The translations under genes and the position numbers were made by a program. DNA of 64,000 nt, from positions 9,130 to 73,129 of the forward strand of contig JACKCJ010000011.1 of NCBI GenBank assembly GCA_020634075.1, written 5' to 3'. The notes below the pieces were generated by a model. That model worked only from the letters and a program-made list of their open reading frames with translations. It was not told the DNA's origin and did not search any database. Positions 35,285-44,991 of this stretch are shown here, piece by piece. Source of the DNA: Dehalococcoidia bacterium. GTDB taxonomy: Bacteria; Chloroflexota; Dehalococcoidia; UBA2979. Positions within the stretch are counted from its first letter, which is position 1. Each line of letters starts with the position of its first letter.

Positions 35285-36487
35285 TCATTGTCGCATGAGC
35301 GACTCGAGGGGGCGGAGGCAGCGCAGGCCCTCGAGCGGAGCGCCCTTCGCGAGCGCCAGCACCTTGATCCGCCCCAGGCCGCTCATGTCCGTCAGCGTCT
35401 CGGCGGCGCGCCGCTCGGCGGCGTACCGCTGCACGTCCGACGAGGCCCGCTCCCCCGCAACGCGGAGCGCGTCCGCAAGCCCGAGGACGGTGAGCGCCTC
35501 GGCCTGTGTCGTCAGCGGAGCGGCGTCGAAGCCCTCAGCGGCCGCGGCCAGCGACGTGAAGTCGACGTGGTACGTGAGGTCGGTGAGCCCGGGCTGGTCG
35601 AGCGGATCGGGCTGGGGGCTGTGTGCCCGGAACGCCATCAGCGTGCCCTGCTTCCGCCATGAGGCGTACAGCTCGCGCGCCTCGTAGCCATAGTCGACGG
35701 TCAAGACATAACCACGCTCGAAGCGGGCCGCGAAGCGCGACATCACGTCGCGGGCAGCAAGGCCCACCTCCGCCGTCGCATCGTCCCCGGGCTGCAGGCC
35801 CAGCCGGTCGAAGTATCGCGAGATGGCGTCGGTGCTGAGGTCGCCCTCGACGAGCGCGAGGCGAGCGTCCTCCGACGCGACGTAGATCTCGCGCAGCGCA
35901 TCGCCCTCGCGGTGTACGAGGTGGACGGGGAGGGCGTCGAAGAACTCGTTCGAGATCATCACGCCGGTCACGGTCCCCGGGAGGGAGAGCCAGTCCTCGG
36001 TGAGCGCGTGCTCGGCAACGAACCCGCGTGCCTCGAGCGTCGCGCGCTGCTGGAGGAGGCGGTGGGGGTGCCCGTCGAGGACGGTCGGACGGGCGGCGGC
36101 GAAGCACTCCGGCGCGCGGGCGCGCAGCCACGTGAGGATGCTGGCCATGAACGCGCCCGATCCGGCGCCGGGTTCGACGAGCGCGAACTCGGCGGGCTTC
36201 CCGAGGCGCTCCCAGCATTCGAGGACCTGCCGCGCCCAGAGGTAGCCGAAGATCGGGTGCACTTCCGGGCTGGTCTCGTAGTCGCCGTGCTCGCCCCAGG
36301 CGAGATCCTCGCGGCTGTAGTACCCGTACTCCGGGTGCCCGAGGGCCAGCCCCATGAACTCGGCGAAGGTGATGCGTCCGCCCTCGGCGGCGATGCGCTC
36401 GAGGATCACCGGGAGCAGCGGGGCGCTCTCGGCGGCGAGCGTGAAGTCGTCGGCGAGCGCGAAGTCGTCGAAGTGCTGGTCGGTCAT
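35285..36487 (-). CDS. MidA/NDUFAF7-family SAM-dependent methyltransferase (DUF185)
   Basis: Start MTDQHF. ITFAEFMGLALGHPEYGYY. SAM motif LVEPGAGSGAFM. NEFFDALPVH. Confidence 0.8.
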   Translation of the reverse strand: MTDQHFDDFALADDFTLAAESAPLLPVILERIAAEGGRITFAEFMGLALGHPEYGYYSREDLAWGEHGDYETSPEVHPIFGYLWARQVLECWERLGKPAEFALVEPGAGSGAFMASILTWLRARAPECFAAARPTVLDGHPHRLLQQRATLEARGFVAEHALTEDWLSLPGTVTGVMISNEFFDALPVHLVHREGDALREIYVASEDARLALVEGDLSTDAISRYFDRLGLQPGDDATAEVGLAARDVMSRFAARFERGYVLTVDYGYEARELYASWRKQGTLMAFRAHSPQPDPLDQPGLTDLTYHVDFTSLAAAAEGFDAAPLTTQAEALTVLGLADALRVAGERASSDVQRYAAERRAAETLTDMSGLGRIKVLALAKGAPLEGLRCLRPLESLMRQ

Positions 36488-36537
36488 CGCGACCAGTGTG
36501 CGGCTGAGCCGCGCACCGCGCGAGCCGAGATCAGCGC

Positions 36538-37179
36538 CTAGAGCGCATTGAGGACCGTGAGCTGGTTGCTCACGATCGCATCGACGTCCCACGTCGAGAG
36601 CTCGAGGCCTCGCTCGACGTCGTCGACCGTCCACGCGCCCACCCGGCCGGCCCGCGCCCGCAGCTCCTGCACGACGCGCCGGCTGCGGAGGAGCGTATGG
36701 CGGACGGTCACGGGCGTCGGGCGGATGCGCTGGTCGTCCACGTCGCGGATGAAGCGTCGGAGCTGCTTCTCGCTCCGGATCGAGTACGCGACGTTGAGCC
36801 CCGGCAGCCACTCGCGAAGCCGGTCCGCGATGCGCCAGGCCTCGCAGGTCACATGGATGTGCGAGAAGTCATCGAGCTGGAGGGCCAGCGTCCGCGCGAG
36901 GTCAGGTGCCGGATCGCCGAACCACGAGCGCAGGTCGATCACGAACTCGGAATGCCCCTGCACCGCCTCGAGGATGACCTCCAGCGGTACGCGGTCGACG
37001 CCGAGCGCGAGGCCACGGTTGCCGAGGAGGAAGCGCCCGATCGGGCGCTCATGGTGAGCGAACAGGCGGCCGTTCATCACCCAGATGTCCGCCTCGATCG
37101 CGTCGACCGAGGGGTGCTCGCTCATGTGCAGCAGCTCGTGGAAGTTCCCGGCGCGGTGGAGGATGCGGATCGGTGCCAT
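36538..37179 (-). CDS. Glycerophosphodiester phosphodiesterase / PI-PLC-X-like protein
   Basis: ILHRAGN...DAIEADIWVMNGRLFAHHE. Start taken at MAPIRIL; 37221 is the alternative. Confidence 0.5.
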   Translation of the reverse strand: MAPIRILHRAGNFHELLHMSEHPSVDAIEADIWVMNGRLFAHHERPIGRFLLGNRGLALGVDRVPLEVILEAVQGHSEFVIDLRSWFGDPAPDLARTLALQLDDFSHIHVTCEAWRIADRLREWLPGLNVAYSIRSEKQLRRFIRDVDDQRIRPTPVTVRHTLLRSRRVVQELRARAGRVGAWTVDDVERGLELSTWDVDAIVSNQLTVLNAL

Positions 37180-37236
37180 CTGCCCTCGATGCTTCGACCT
37201 CGATGCTATCGAGGCGGCCAAGAGGCAGGCACGCGG

Positions 37237-38103
37237 CTAGGCGTCGTCGGACTCGCGGACGTGCCGACGGAGGGACTTCACCGTCTCCGAGACGAGCTGG
37301 ATGTCGCGGGCGCCGGGGCGGTACTGCACGTACTGCTCGAGGTCGTCGAGCGCCGCCGCCGAGTCGCCGAGCCGCTCGCGGAGCATCCCCCGGTCGCGGA
37401 TCTCGTCGAGGTCCCACGGGAAGAGCACGAGCAACAGGTCGATGATGCGACCGGCGCGTTCTTCCTCGCCGCGCTGGAGGTAGCCGGCCTTCAGGTTGTG
37501 CAGGAGACGCTGCAGCACCTGCCGGGGCTGAAGGCTCGCGAGGTAGTAGTCCTTGAAGGCGATCCGCGAGCCGAAGATGTTCCGGACGAGCGACTGGCAG
37601 TCGTTCCGCGTGAGCAGCCGCCCGTACGCGAAGACGTCCAGCAGCAGCTCATCTTCCTCGGTCTCGGCGTCGTCGGGGCGGAAGCGGCAGATGACGTGGC
37701 CCGGCAACCCGACCGGCTTCACGTCCAGGCCGACGCGCTGGCAGACCTCGGCGTAGACGATGGCGAGAGAGACCGGGATGCCCCGGCGTTCGCCCAGGAC
37801 GTAATTCAGATAGAGGTTGCGGGGATCCTCGTAGTGCTCCGTGTTCCCGCGGAAGCCGAGCTCGCGGTAGAGCAGCTGGTTCACGGTCATGATCGTGCGG
37901 CGCGCGTTGTCGCGAACGTTGGAGCGCGCGAGCTGCTGCTCCAGCGTCTCGGCGATGTCCTGCAGGCGCTGCTCGTACGAGTCGATATCGAGGTCCGGGT
38001 ACTCCGCACGCGCGGCGACGAGGGCGGCACGGGCGAGGGGAACCTCGTCGGCCGGGCCGGCGGTGACGGTTCGGAAGGTGTCGAGGGTCTGCTCGAAGGA
38101 CAT
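37237..38103 (-). CDS. SirB1-like transglutaminase-fold plus TPR protein
   Basis: The overall pattern resembles the SirB1 N-domain family: N-terminal EYPDLD...YEQRLQDIA, GIPVSLAIVYAEVCQRVGL, GLPGHVI, and C-terminal TPR-like helices. Confidence 0.6.
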   Translation of the reverse strand: MSFEQTLDTFRTVTAGPADEVPLARAALVAARAEYPDLDIDSYEQRLQDIAETLEQQLARSNVRDNARRTIMTVNQLLYRELGFRGNTEHYEDPRNLYLNYVLGERRGIPVSLAIVYAEVCQRVGLDVKPVGLPGHVICRFRPDDAETEEDELLLDVFAYGRLLTRNDCQSLVRNIFGSRIAFKDYYLASLQPRQVLQRLLHNLKAGYLQRGEEERAGRIIDLLLVLFPWDLDEIRDRGMLRERLGDSAAALDDLEQYVQYRPGARDIQLVSETVKSLRRHVRESDDA

Positions 38104-38112
38104 GCGGCGAGC

Positions 38113-38691
38113 CTAGCGGGGCGGGCGCGTCCGCGCGGGCGTGAAGCCCTCGAAGCGGATGATCTTCAGCGCCACCACCGTGAGGAGCGCGATCACGCCC
38201 ACCACGAGGATGTTCGGGTAGTCCTGCCACGCGGCGAGCGCCGGGACGAGCAGGAGGCCGACCAGCCCGCCTGCGCGCTTGGAGCGCGTCACGACGGTGA
38301 TCCCGACCGCGATGGCCGCCGCCGGCATCGTCGCCTCGGGGACGAGCGCGAAGAGCGCGCCGACCGCCGCGGCGGTGCCGTTTCCACCGTGGAAGTGCAG
38401 GAAGATCGAGTAGTCGTGGCCGACGACGGCGAGCAGTCCGCACGAGATCGCGACGACGTCCCCGAAGCCGAGCCAGTAGGCCACGCTGACGGCGGCCATG
38501 CCCTTCCCCACGTCGCCCAGCCCCACGACGACTGCCGGGACGGCGCCCACGTTGTCCCACACGTTCATCGTGCCGGGGTTCCCGTTCCCGATGGAGCGGA
38601 TGTCCCGGCCCGTGAAGAGGTAGACCACGATGTATGACGTGGGGATGGCGCCAAGCAGATAGGCGACCGCGAAGGCGATCGGGAGCGTCAC
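38113..38691 (-). CDS. plsY: Glycerol-3-phosphate acyltransferase PlsY
   Basis: YLLGAIPTSYI, GNGNPGTMNV, and 5-6 TM helices. Confidence 0.9.
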   Translation of the reverse strand: MTLPIAFAVAYLLGAIPTSYIVVYLFTGRDIRSIGNGNPGTMNVWDNVGAVPAVVVGLGDVGKGMAAVSVAYWLGFGDVVAISCGLLAVVGHDYSIFLHFHGGNGTAAAVGALFALVPEATMPAAAIAVGITVVTRSKRAGGLVGLLLVPALAAWQDYPNILVVGVIALLTVVALKIIRFEGFTPARTRPPR

Positions 38692-38865
38692 GAGGATCCT
38701 CCGGGGGGAGCGGGAGTCAGCCTCGATCCTAGCACCGGGCCTCGGTTCGGCGGTTAAGCGCTTGTCTCAGTTACGGACGCGATCGCGCTCGCGGATACAG
38801 GGACGCCGCGCCCTTCCGGGCACGGCGTCCACTGCTCTCAGCCTGAGGCTCTGACCGGAGTCTGA

Positions 38866-39375
38866 CTACGAGACGGTGATCGTCACCATCTCCTCGCCGT
38901 CGACGGAAACGGTCCAGGTGCCCGCCTCGTCGAAGGTGTAGTCGTAGGAGTCGCCCGCGGCGATCTCCTCGTCGATCGCACCGTCGTCGGTGGTGACGTT
39001 GACGGCGTTCTCGCCGTCGTTCTCGAACGTCACCGTGGAGCCGGCGGCCAGCGTGACCGTGTCGGCCATGGTGCCGTCCATCATCACGCCGTCGGCGGAG
39101 ATGGTGAGCGTGACGTCCTCGGCGGTGCCGCTGCCCGTCTCCGTGGCAGTCCCGGTGGCGGAGGCCGTGGCGGTCTCCGTCATCGTCTCCGTGGCTCCCT
39201 CGGTGGCCGTCATGGTTTCCGTGGGTTCGGTCGTCTGGGTGATCTCCGTGCCGGTGCCGGTGTCGATGCCGTCACCTTCGTCGTCATCGCCACTGCAACC
39301 GGCGATGAGCGCCACGGTTGCGATGCCGATGCCGAGACTCAGCGTCACGCGGTTCTTCCAGGCAAATCCGTTCAT
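38866..39375 (-). CDS. Lipoprotein with Thr/Glu/Ala-rich linker and cupredoxin-like beta domain lacking Cu ligands
   Basis: Lipobox LIAGC. TETMTATEGATETMTETATASATGTATETGSGTA linker. AAGSTVTFENDGENAVNV...GTWTVSVDGEEMVTITVS. No His or Cys in the domain. Confidence 0.65.
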   Translation of the reverse strand: MNGFAWKNRVTLSLGIGIATVALIAGCSGDDDEGDGIDTGTGTEITQTTEPTETMTATEGATETMTETATASATGTATETGSGTAEDVTLTISADGVMMDGTMADTVTLAAGSTVTFENDGENAVNVTTDDGAIDEEIAAGDSYDYTFDEAGTWTVSVDGEEMVTITVS

Positions 39376-39594
39376 GCGTTCCCTCTTGTGCGGACCCCGG
39401 TACCGAGATCGACGTTATGGGGGGCATCGCTTGGCGGAAGCGCCGAAGCGTGAACGCGCTCGGAGCACAAGTTGCGGATACGTGTCAGCAGTCGGGGCTC
39501 AGATGTGACGCGTCGCGCCGTGTTTCGCGCGAGGGCGCGGTTCAGTCACCGGATCGAGGCCGCCCGGACGCCGTCGGCGGTTACCGCCAGCGGC

Positions 39595-40059
39595 CTAGTC
39601 GTCGCCGGCGGGCGGTGGGGGAGGCGGGGGCGTCGATGCCCACGACGCGTGCGTGGTCGAGCCCGTGGCGTCCGTCGGCGTCTCGGTCTCGTCGTCCCAC
39701 TCGCCGCCCATCCCGAACTCCCGCGCGTCGAGGCCCACCGCATCGAAGGCCATGCGCTCGGCACGGGCGCGCAGGGAGGCGATGTCGCCGCCGGCAGCGC
39801 CGACGCCGAAGTTCACGGCGAACGCCGCGAGCCAGGAGGGGATGTGGAACCAGGACCAGGGCGCGTCCTTCACGCGGAAGGCGGCGACCAGGCCGGGGAT
39901 CACGTCCTGGAAACGGACGCCGATCTGGCCGAAGTCGATGTCGCTGGGCGATTCACCGGCATCGATCCGCTGGCGGGCCTGGAGGGCGACGCGGCCGAGC
40001 GCCGCACCAAGCGCCGCAGCCACGACGACGAGGACGACGGTACGCAGACGGCGCAGCAT
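39595..40059 (-). CDS. Hypothetical membrane protein with Pro-rich C-terminus
   Basis: N-terminal TM helix TVVLVVVAAALGAAL, a second hydrophobic segment WLAAFAVNFGVGAAGG, and a PPPPPPP tail. GC3 is high. Confidence 0.55.
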   Translation of the reverse strand: MLRRLRTVVLVVVAAALGAALGRVALQARQRIDAGESPSDIDFGQIGVRFQDVIPGLVAAFRVKDAPWSWFHIPSWLAAFAVNFGVGAAGGDIASLRARAERMAFDAVGLDAREFGMGGEWDDETETPTDATGSTTHASWASTPPPPPPPAGDD

Positions 40060-40131
40060 GGGGCCTCCGAAGACGAGATCTCGTGAGAGTTCGACGGTAG
40101 GAGCGGGCTTCGCGGCGGGTCAACCTGCCGT

Positions 40132-41565
40132 GTGCGCCAGTTTGGCGGGCTGACGTTTCGGTTCCGTAGCGAAGACCCTGCGAGCCTCGGCGCTAGACTG
40201 GGCGAGCGCCTCCCGCAGGGCCTGGATCGGATCGACGTGAGCGCTCAGCCGGAATCCCGCCCTGAGGTGAGCCCTCAGCGTCCCGCCGAGCCCTCGTCCG
40301 GGTTCTTCTATGGCTGGTGGGTCGTCTTCGCGGCGTTCTTCGCCACCTTCGGCTCCGTCACGTTCTTCAACCCGGTGCTCGGCGTCTTCAGCCAGCTCCT
40401 CGAGGATGACTTCGGCTGGACGCGGTCGGACGTGGCCGGTGCGCTCTCCGTCGGAGGACTCGCCGCCGGCGTCGGTGCGCCCTTCGTCGGGAGCATCCTC
40501 GACCGCTGGGGTGGACGCTGGGTGATCGTCGCTTCCGGCGTCGCGATGGCGATCTGCGCGCTGATCCTCAGCCAGATGACGTCGCTGTGGCACCTGCTCG
40601 TCTTCTACGCGATTGGACGCGCGGTCTCCGTTGGCGCGATGAACCCCGCGGGCTTCATCGCGACGGCGAACTGGTTCGTGCGACGGCGCTCGCTGGTCAC
40701 CGGCATCGTTGCCGTCGGCCCTCGCGTGGGGATGGCGCTCTTCCCGGTGATCGTCGCGGTGGTCATCGAGGTTGCCGGGTCATGGCGCGCCGGCTGGGTG
40801 ACGCTCGCGATCATCGCCCTCAGCGTCACCGTCCCGTCGCTGCTGTTCATGCGCCGGCGGCCGGAGGACATGGGGTTGCGGCCCGACGGCGATCCCGAGC
40901 CGACCGACCCCGACGAGCTCCTCGCGATCGCTCCCGAGACCGACTTCACGCTGCGCGAGGCGATCCACACGCGCGCGTACTGGCTCGTCGGCGTTGCCGT
41001 TGGGCTCGTGATGTTCTGCGGCGGCTCGGTGAACTTCCACCAGATCCCGCACCTCGTGGACCAGGGGCTCCCGCGTACGCAGGCAGCGCTCGTGGTGACG
41101 GTCTTCTCGGGGGTGGGGGCGTTCGGGGCGTTCTTCGGCGGCGTGATCGCGCAGAAGTTCACCATGCGCTGGACGATGGCCGCGTCTCTCGTCGGGATGG
41201 GCGCCAGCATCCTGCTGCTGATGAAGGCCGCGACGCTCACGGCCGCGCTGATCTACGCCGTGACTTACGGCTCCTTCTTTGGCGTGCTCGTGTCGCTGAT
41301 GCAGGTGGTGTACGCGGATTACTTCGGGCGGCGCTCGATGGGGACGATCCGAGGCTCGTTCCAGCCGTTCCAGATGGCGATGAACGCGGCCGGGCCGTTC
41401 CTCGTCGGGGTCTGGTACGACCGCTCCGGCTCGTACGACCTCGCGTTCATCGCGTTCGCGGCGTTGTTCTGGACGGCGGCACTGGCGCTCGCGCTGGCGT
41501 CCTATCCCCAGCCACCGGTGCGCACCGAGGAGGAGCAGGCCGCCCGTCTCGCCTCGGCGCGATAG
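40132..41565 (+). CDS. MFS transporter (oxalate/formate-antiporter-like)
   Basis: FFYGWWVVFAAFFATF, GSILDRWGGRWV, 12 TM helices. The true start is probably downstream of 40132 (about 40237-40290). Confidence 0.8.
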   Translation: MRQFGGLTFRFRSEDPASLGARLGERLPQGLDRIDVSAQPESRPEVSPQRPAEPSSGFFYGWWVVFAAFFATFGSVTFFNPVLGVFSQLLEDDFGWTRSDVAGALSVGGLAAGVGAPFVGSILDRWGGRWVIVASGVAMAICALILSQMTSLWHLLVFYAIGRAVSVGAMNPAGFIATANWFVRRRSLVTGIVAVGPRVGMALFPVIVAVVIEVAGSWRAGWVTLAIIALSVTVPSLLFMRRRPEDMGLRPDGDPEPTDPDELLAIAPETDFTLREAIHTRAYWLVGVAVGLVMFCGGSVNFHQIPHLVDQGLPRTQAALVVTVFSGVGAFGAFFGGVIAQKFTMRWTMAASLVGMGASILLLMKAATLTAALIYAVTYGSFFGVLVSLMQVVYADYFGRRSMGTIRGSFQPFQMAMNAAGPFLVGVWYDRSGSYDLAFIAFAALFWTAALALALASYPQPPVRTEEEQAARLASAR

Positions 41566-41586
41566 GGCCGGCGGCTCTGGCCGCCG

Positions 41587-42933
41587 CTAGCGGCAGAGCC
41601 CGAAGACGGTGCGCTCGGGGTTCTCGTACCCGTAGTTCCAGAACGCCACGTACTGCTCGCGCATGGTGTCGAGGAAGTTCTCGGCGGCGCTGCAGGCGTC
41701 CTCGGGTGGTGCGCCGTTCTGCAGGGCGATGAGGTACTCGATCGCCGCGGAGCCGTGCATCGTCTGCGGGTACTGCGTGGCGGCGCGCTCCAGGAGGCTG
41801 CCGGCGCCCAGCAGGTCGTTCAGGCGGAACGCTGAGAGCGCGGCGCGGAACGTGGAGTAGGCCTGCAGCTCGGAGCGGCCATCGCCCTCGCCGATCTCGG
41901 CCTTCCAGTCCGGCAGCGTGTTGTTCCCCGCGGCGTCCAGGTAGGCCTGCTTCGCCTGCGAGTACTCGCCCACCGCGAACAGCGCGTCGGCGTCGTTCAC
42001 GAGGTGGACCAGGTAGGTCGGCGGCCCCTCGACGGTCTCGACGCGGAAGCGCGAGCCTGCCCATCGGACGACGGTCGTGGACTCGCGCTGCGGTCCGGCG
42101 CCGACCGAGGCGACCAGCCCGCCCTTCATGCTGATCACGCCCCCGTCCATCGTGAACTCCTCGAGCGACTCGATGGAGGCGTCGGACGGGGCGAGGTTCT
42201 CGAGCGTGCCGTTGTGGTACGAGGCGACGGAGACGTGGGTGACGCAGGTGTGCGCGCCGCACTCGTCCCACGTCATCGTGATCTCCGGCAGCCCGTCGCT
42301 GGTCAGGTCCTCCAGGCTCCGAATCCGCAGCGCGGACGTCGAGGCGTTCGCGAGCGCGCGGGCGGAGTTGTGGAAGCGGTACCCCTCGTCCTTGTCCTCG
42401 AAGAACCAGAGGTCGGCGGGGTAGGGCGACTCGTCATCGGCGCCGCTGGCGAAGGAGACCAGGAAGACGAACTCGTCCTTGCGGTCGCCATCGATGTCGA
42501 GCATGGCGCAGCGCGGACCGTCGACCTCGGGCGCCATGCCCCAGGCCTTCACGAGCTCCGGGAGACAGTCCGCGAAGTCGGGCTCGCCCCCGGCCAGGTA
42601 CTCCTCCACGGCCCGACCGCCCGCGAACGGGTTCTCGGGGAGCGGTGGGACAGCGACCGGCGTGGGGGTAGGTGTCGGCGTCGAGCTCCCGGCGTCGGAG
42701 ACGGTGCCTGTCGGTGTACCGGTGCCGGTACCCGTGGTCGCGGAGATGCGAATGCCGTCGCTTCCGCCGCTGCAGGCAGCGGTCAGCGCCACGAGGGCGG
42801 AGAAGGCCACGATGGCCGCGAGATGTCGCAGGGAAGGCCGCTCGCGCACGACTTGGAAGGTAGCACCGGGCTTCGGCAGGTTCTTCCGGTGCAGGGGAGG
42901 ATCGCCGGACTGTGGAAAAATGTAATTGCTCAA
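41587..42933 (-). CDS. Lipoprotein, function unknown (Asp-rich loop DIDGDRKDEF; C-terminal helical repeat)
   Basis: Lipobox LTAAC, Thr/Gly/Pro linker, 448-aa ORF with high GC3. Start uncertain. Confidence 0.65.
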   Translation of the reverse strand: MSNYIFPQSGDPPLHRKNLPKPGATFQVVRERPSLRHLAAIVAFSALVALTAACSGGSDGIRISATTGTGTGTPTGTVSDAGSSTPTPTPTPVAVPPLPENPFAGGRAVEEYLAGGEPDFADCLPELVKAWGMAPEVDGPRCAMLDIDGDRKDEFVFLVSFASGADDESPYPADLWFFEDKDEGYRFHNSARALANASTSALRIRSLEDLTSDGLPEITMTWDECGAHTCVTHVSVASYHNGTLENLAPSDASIESLEEFTMDGGVISMKGGLVASVGAGPQRESTTVVRWAGSRFRVETVEGPPTYLVHLVNDADALFAVGEYSQAKQAYLDAAGNNTLPDWKAEIGEGDGRSELQAYSTFRAALSAFRLNDLLGAGSLLERAATQYPQTMHGSAAIEYLIALQNGAPPEDACSAAENFLDTMREQYVAFWNYGYENPERTVFGLCR

Positions 42934-43037
42934 GCGTGTTGACGGCTTGGTAGTTACATGGTTACATCATCGCAGTCGGGGTGCAGTCACTGCTTCTTGA
43001 AGCGGCCCTGCAGTCCGGCGAGCGGTGGGGGAAAGCC

Positions 43038-43748
43038 GTGGCTGACTCAGTCGACCCGCGCAAGCTCATCGCCGAAGCGATTGGACCATTCGCCCTCGTG
43101 TTCTTCGGGGCGGGATCGATCGTTCTGGCGTCAGGCAACGCGAACATCGGGCTGATTGAGATCGCATTCGCGCACGGCCTCGCCATCGCAGTCACCACGT
43201 CGGCGCTCGGGCATATCTCCGGGGGACACTTCAACCCCGCGGTGACGGCCGGGCTCTGGGTGACACGACGCATCAGCACACCTTCCGCCATCGGCTACGT
43301 CCTGGCGCAGGTGGCGGGCGGCATCCTGGGGGCGGTGGCCCTCACGGTGCTGTACCCCGAGGGACTGAGGGAAGCCTCGAACCTCGGGACGCCGGTCCTC
43401 GGGCCCGGCATCGACTTCGGGAAGGCCGTCGGGATCGAAGTGGTCCTGACCTTCTTCCTCGTGATGGTGGTCTTCGGCACGTTCGTCGACCGTCGGAGCG
43501 ACAACGTCGCCAACGTGGGGGGCCTGGCGATCGGCCTGAGCTTCACGGTGGCGAGCCTCGCGGCCTACCCGCTGACGGGAGCCGTGATGAACCCGGCACG
43601 CGCCTTCGGACCGGCGCTGCTGGCAGGCGAGTGGGAGAACCAGCTCGTCTGGTGGATCGGTCCGGTCATCGGTGGCGTGCTCGCATCGATGGCGTACCAC
43701 TACCTCTTCTCTGAAGAGGCCGAGCAGGGGGCGATGGCGTCCCGGTAG
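43038..43748 (+). CDS. aqpZ: Aquaporin / MIP family channel
   Basis: Two NPA boxes: SGGHFNPAVT and AVMNPARAFGP. GTG at 43038 is preceded by GGGGGA; the ORF-track start at 42981 is the alternative. Confidence 0.9.
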   Translation: MADSVDPRKLIAEAIGPFALVFFGAGSIVLASGNANIGLIEIAFAHGLAIAVTTSALGHISGGHFNPAVTAGLWVTRRISTPSAIGYVLAQVAGGILGAVALTVLYPEGLREASNLGTPVLGPGIDFGKAVGIEVVLTFFLVMVVFGTFVDRRSDNVANVGGLAIGLSFTVASLAAYPLTGAVMNPARAFGPALLAGEWENQLVWWIGPVIGGVLASMAYHYLFSEEAEQGAMASR

Positions 43749-43859
43749 AGGATGAACAATTCCCGCGTGACCCCGGTCAATGGGGGTGGGGCCACGCAGT
43801 CGTACTGAAGCCGCATCTGTCGAGAATCAGTACCCCCGCCGCACGGCAGATGTTGGTGA

Positions 43860-43885
43860 GAGAGCGGGCCGCGAGGCCCGCTCTC
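43860..43885 (+). terminator. Intrinsic terminator after aqpZ
   Basis: GAGAGCGGGCC-gcga-GGCCCGCTCTC forms an 11-bp stem, followed by GCTTTGTCC. Confidence 0.65.
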
Positions 43886-43961
43886 GCTTTGTCCGCGTCC
43901 CCTCGTCGCCCGCGCTCCCGTCTGGCTCCGCACCCGCGACAATGCCGCGAGGAGGCGCGTG

Positions 43962-44396
43962 ATGGGTGAGTTCGAGGATCGGTTCGCGGAGCTCGAGGCC
44001 GCGCGCGCCGAGGTCATCGCGTTGCTCCGCTCGTGTCCCGCGGAGCTCCTGGGCCGCCGACCGGAGTCGGACGACTGGTCCGTCCTGGAGAACGCCCGAC
44101 ATCTCATCTACGCCGAGCAGCTCCATTTCCGGCCGTTCTTCACAGCCCCGGTCCGGTGGAGCCGGATCGGGATGCCGACCGGCGGCAAGCCGCAGCGGAA
44201 TGGCCCCGGCACCGAGGACACCGACGACCTCGAGGTCGTGCTCGAGACGTGGGACGAGGTGCACGCGGGTGTCGTCGCGGCCGTCGAGGTGACGCGACCG
44301 CCGGACGCGCTCCGGCACGTGGACCGCAACCTGCGGCACCTCCGCGCCCACGCGCGCGGTATCCGGCGCCTGGTGGAACGCCTCGCCGGGAGCTAG
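43962..44396 (+). CDS. DinB-family (four-helix-bundle) protein
   Basis: GGAGG SD. WSVLENARHLIYAEQLHF. ...HLRAHARG contributes to a His-triad-like pattern. Confidence 0.6.
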   Translation: MGEFEDRFAELEAARAEVIALLRSCPAELLGRRPESDDWSVLENARHLIYAEQLHFRPFFTAPVRWSRIGMPTGGKPQRNGPGTEDTDDLEVVLETWDEVHAGVVAAVEVTRPPDALRHVDRNLRHLRAHARGIRRLVERLAGS

Positions 44397-44833
44397 CGGA
44401 CGCCCGTCGAGCCGTGCCCTCCGGCGCCGCGCTCGGTCTCGCCGAGGTCCGCGACCTCGGCCCATTCCACCGAGGCGAGGCGGCTCACGACGAGCTGTGC
44501 GACGCGGTCGCCGTCCATCACGGTGAACGGCGCGGCGCCCGGCAGGCAGTAGAGCGTGACCATCAACTCCCCGCGGTAGTCGGCGTCGATCGTCCCGAGG
44601 GTGGCCATCACCCCCTTCGCGGAGAGCCCCGAGCGCGGGCGGATCTGCACGTCGGCATCGGCAGGCGCCGCAATCGCCACTCCGCACGGGACGCGCACCG
44701 GCATCGTCCCCACCTCGATCGGCGCATCGATGCAGGCGTGGAGGTCGAACCCGGAGGCGAGGGCGGTCTGCCGGGCAGGGATGCGCGCACGCGGCGAGAG
44801 TCGCCGAAACTGGATCTCGATCGGGTGCTCCAT
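44393..44833 (-). CDS. dut: dUTP diphosphatase
   Basis: ASGFDLHA, IRPRSGLSAKG, GTIDADYRGEL. Confidence 0.92.
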   Translation of the reverse strand: MEHPIEIQFRRLSPRARIPARQTALASGFDLHACIDAPIEVGTMPVRVPCGVAIAAPADADVQIRPRSGLSAKGVMATLGTIDADYRGELMVTLYCLPGAAPFTVMDGDRVAQLVVSRLASVEWAEVADLGETERGAGGHGSTGVR

Positions 44834-44939
44834 GCCGGCGCCGTTCTAGCTGCGGCAGTCACTGCCGCTCGGAGGACTGCGCTCACCGTAGGTCCGTCGC
44901 TCGCTGTGGGACGCCTCGCGTCCACGGAGTTACGCACAA

Positions 44940-44972
44940 ACAAACGACCCCGCCAGCGGCGGGGTCGTTTGT
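44940..44972 (-). terminator. Intrinsic terminator after the ferredoxin gene
   Basis: ACAAACGACCCCGCC-agc-GGCGGGGTCGTTTGT forms a 15-bp perfect stem. On the minus strand it is followed by TTGTGCG. Confidence 0.75.
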
Positions 44973-44991
44973 GTTGGTGACTGACGTCGGG

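Noticed and set aside
44393-44396. Four-nt convergent overlap of the DinB-family and dut stop codons (CTAG read on both strands).
   Set aside because: This is a trivial consequence of tight convergent packing and the palindromic CTAG. There is no functional implication.
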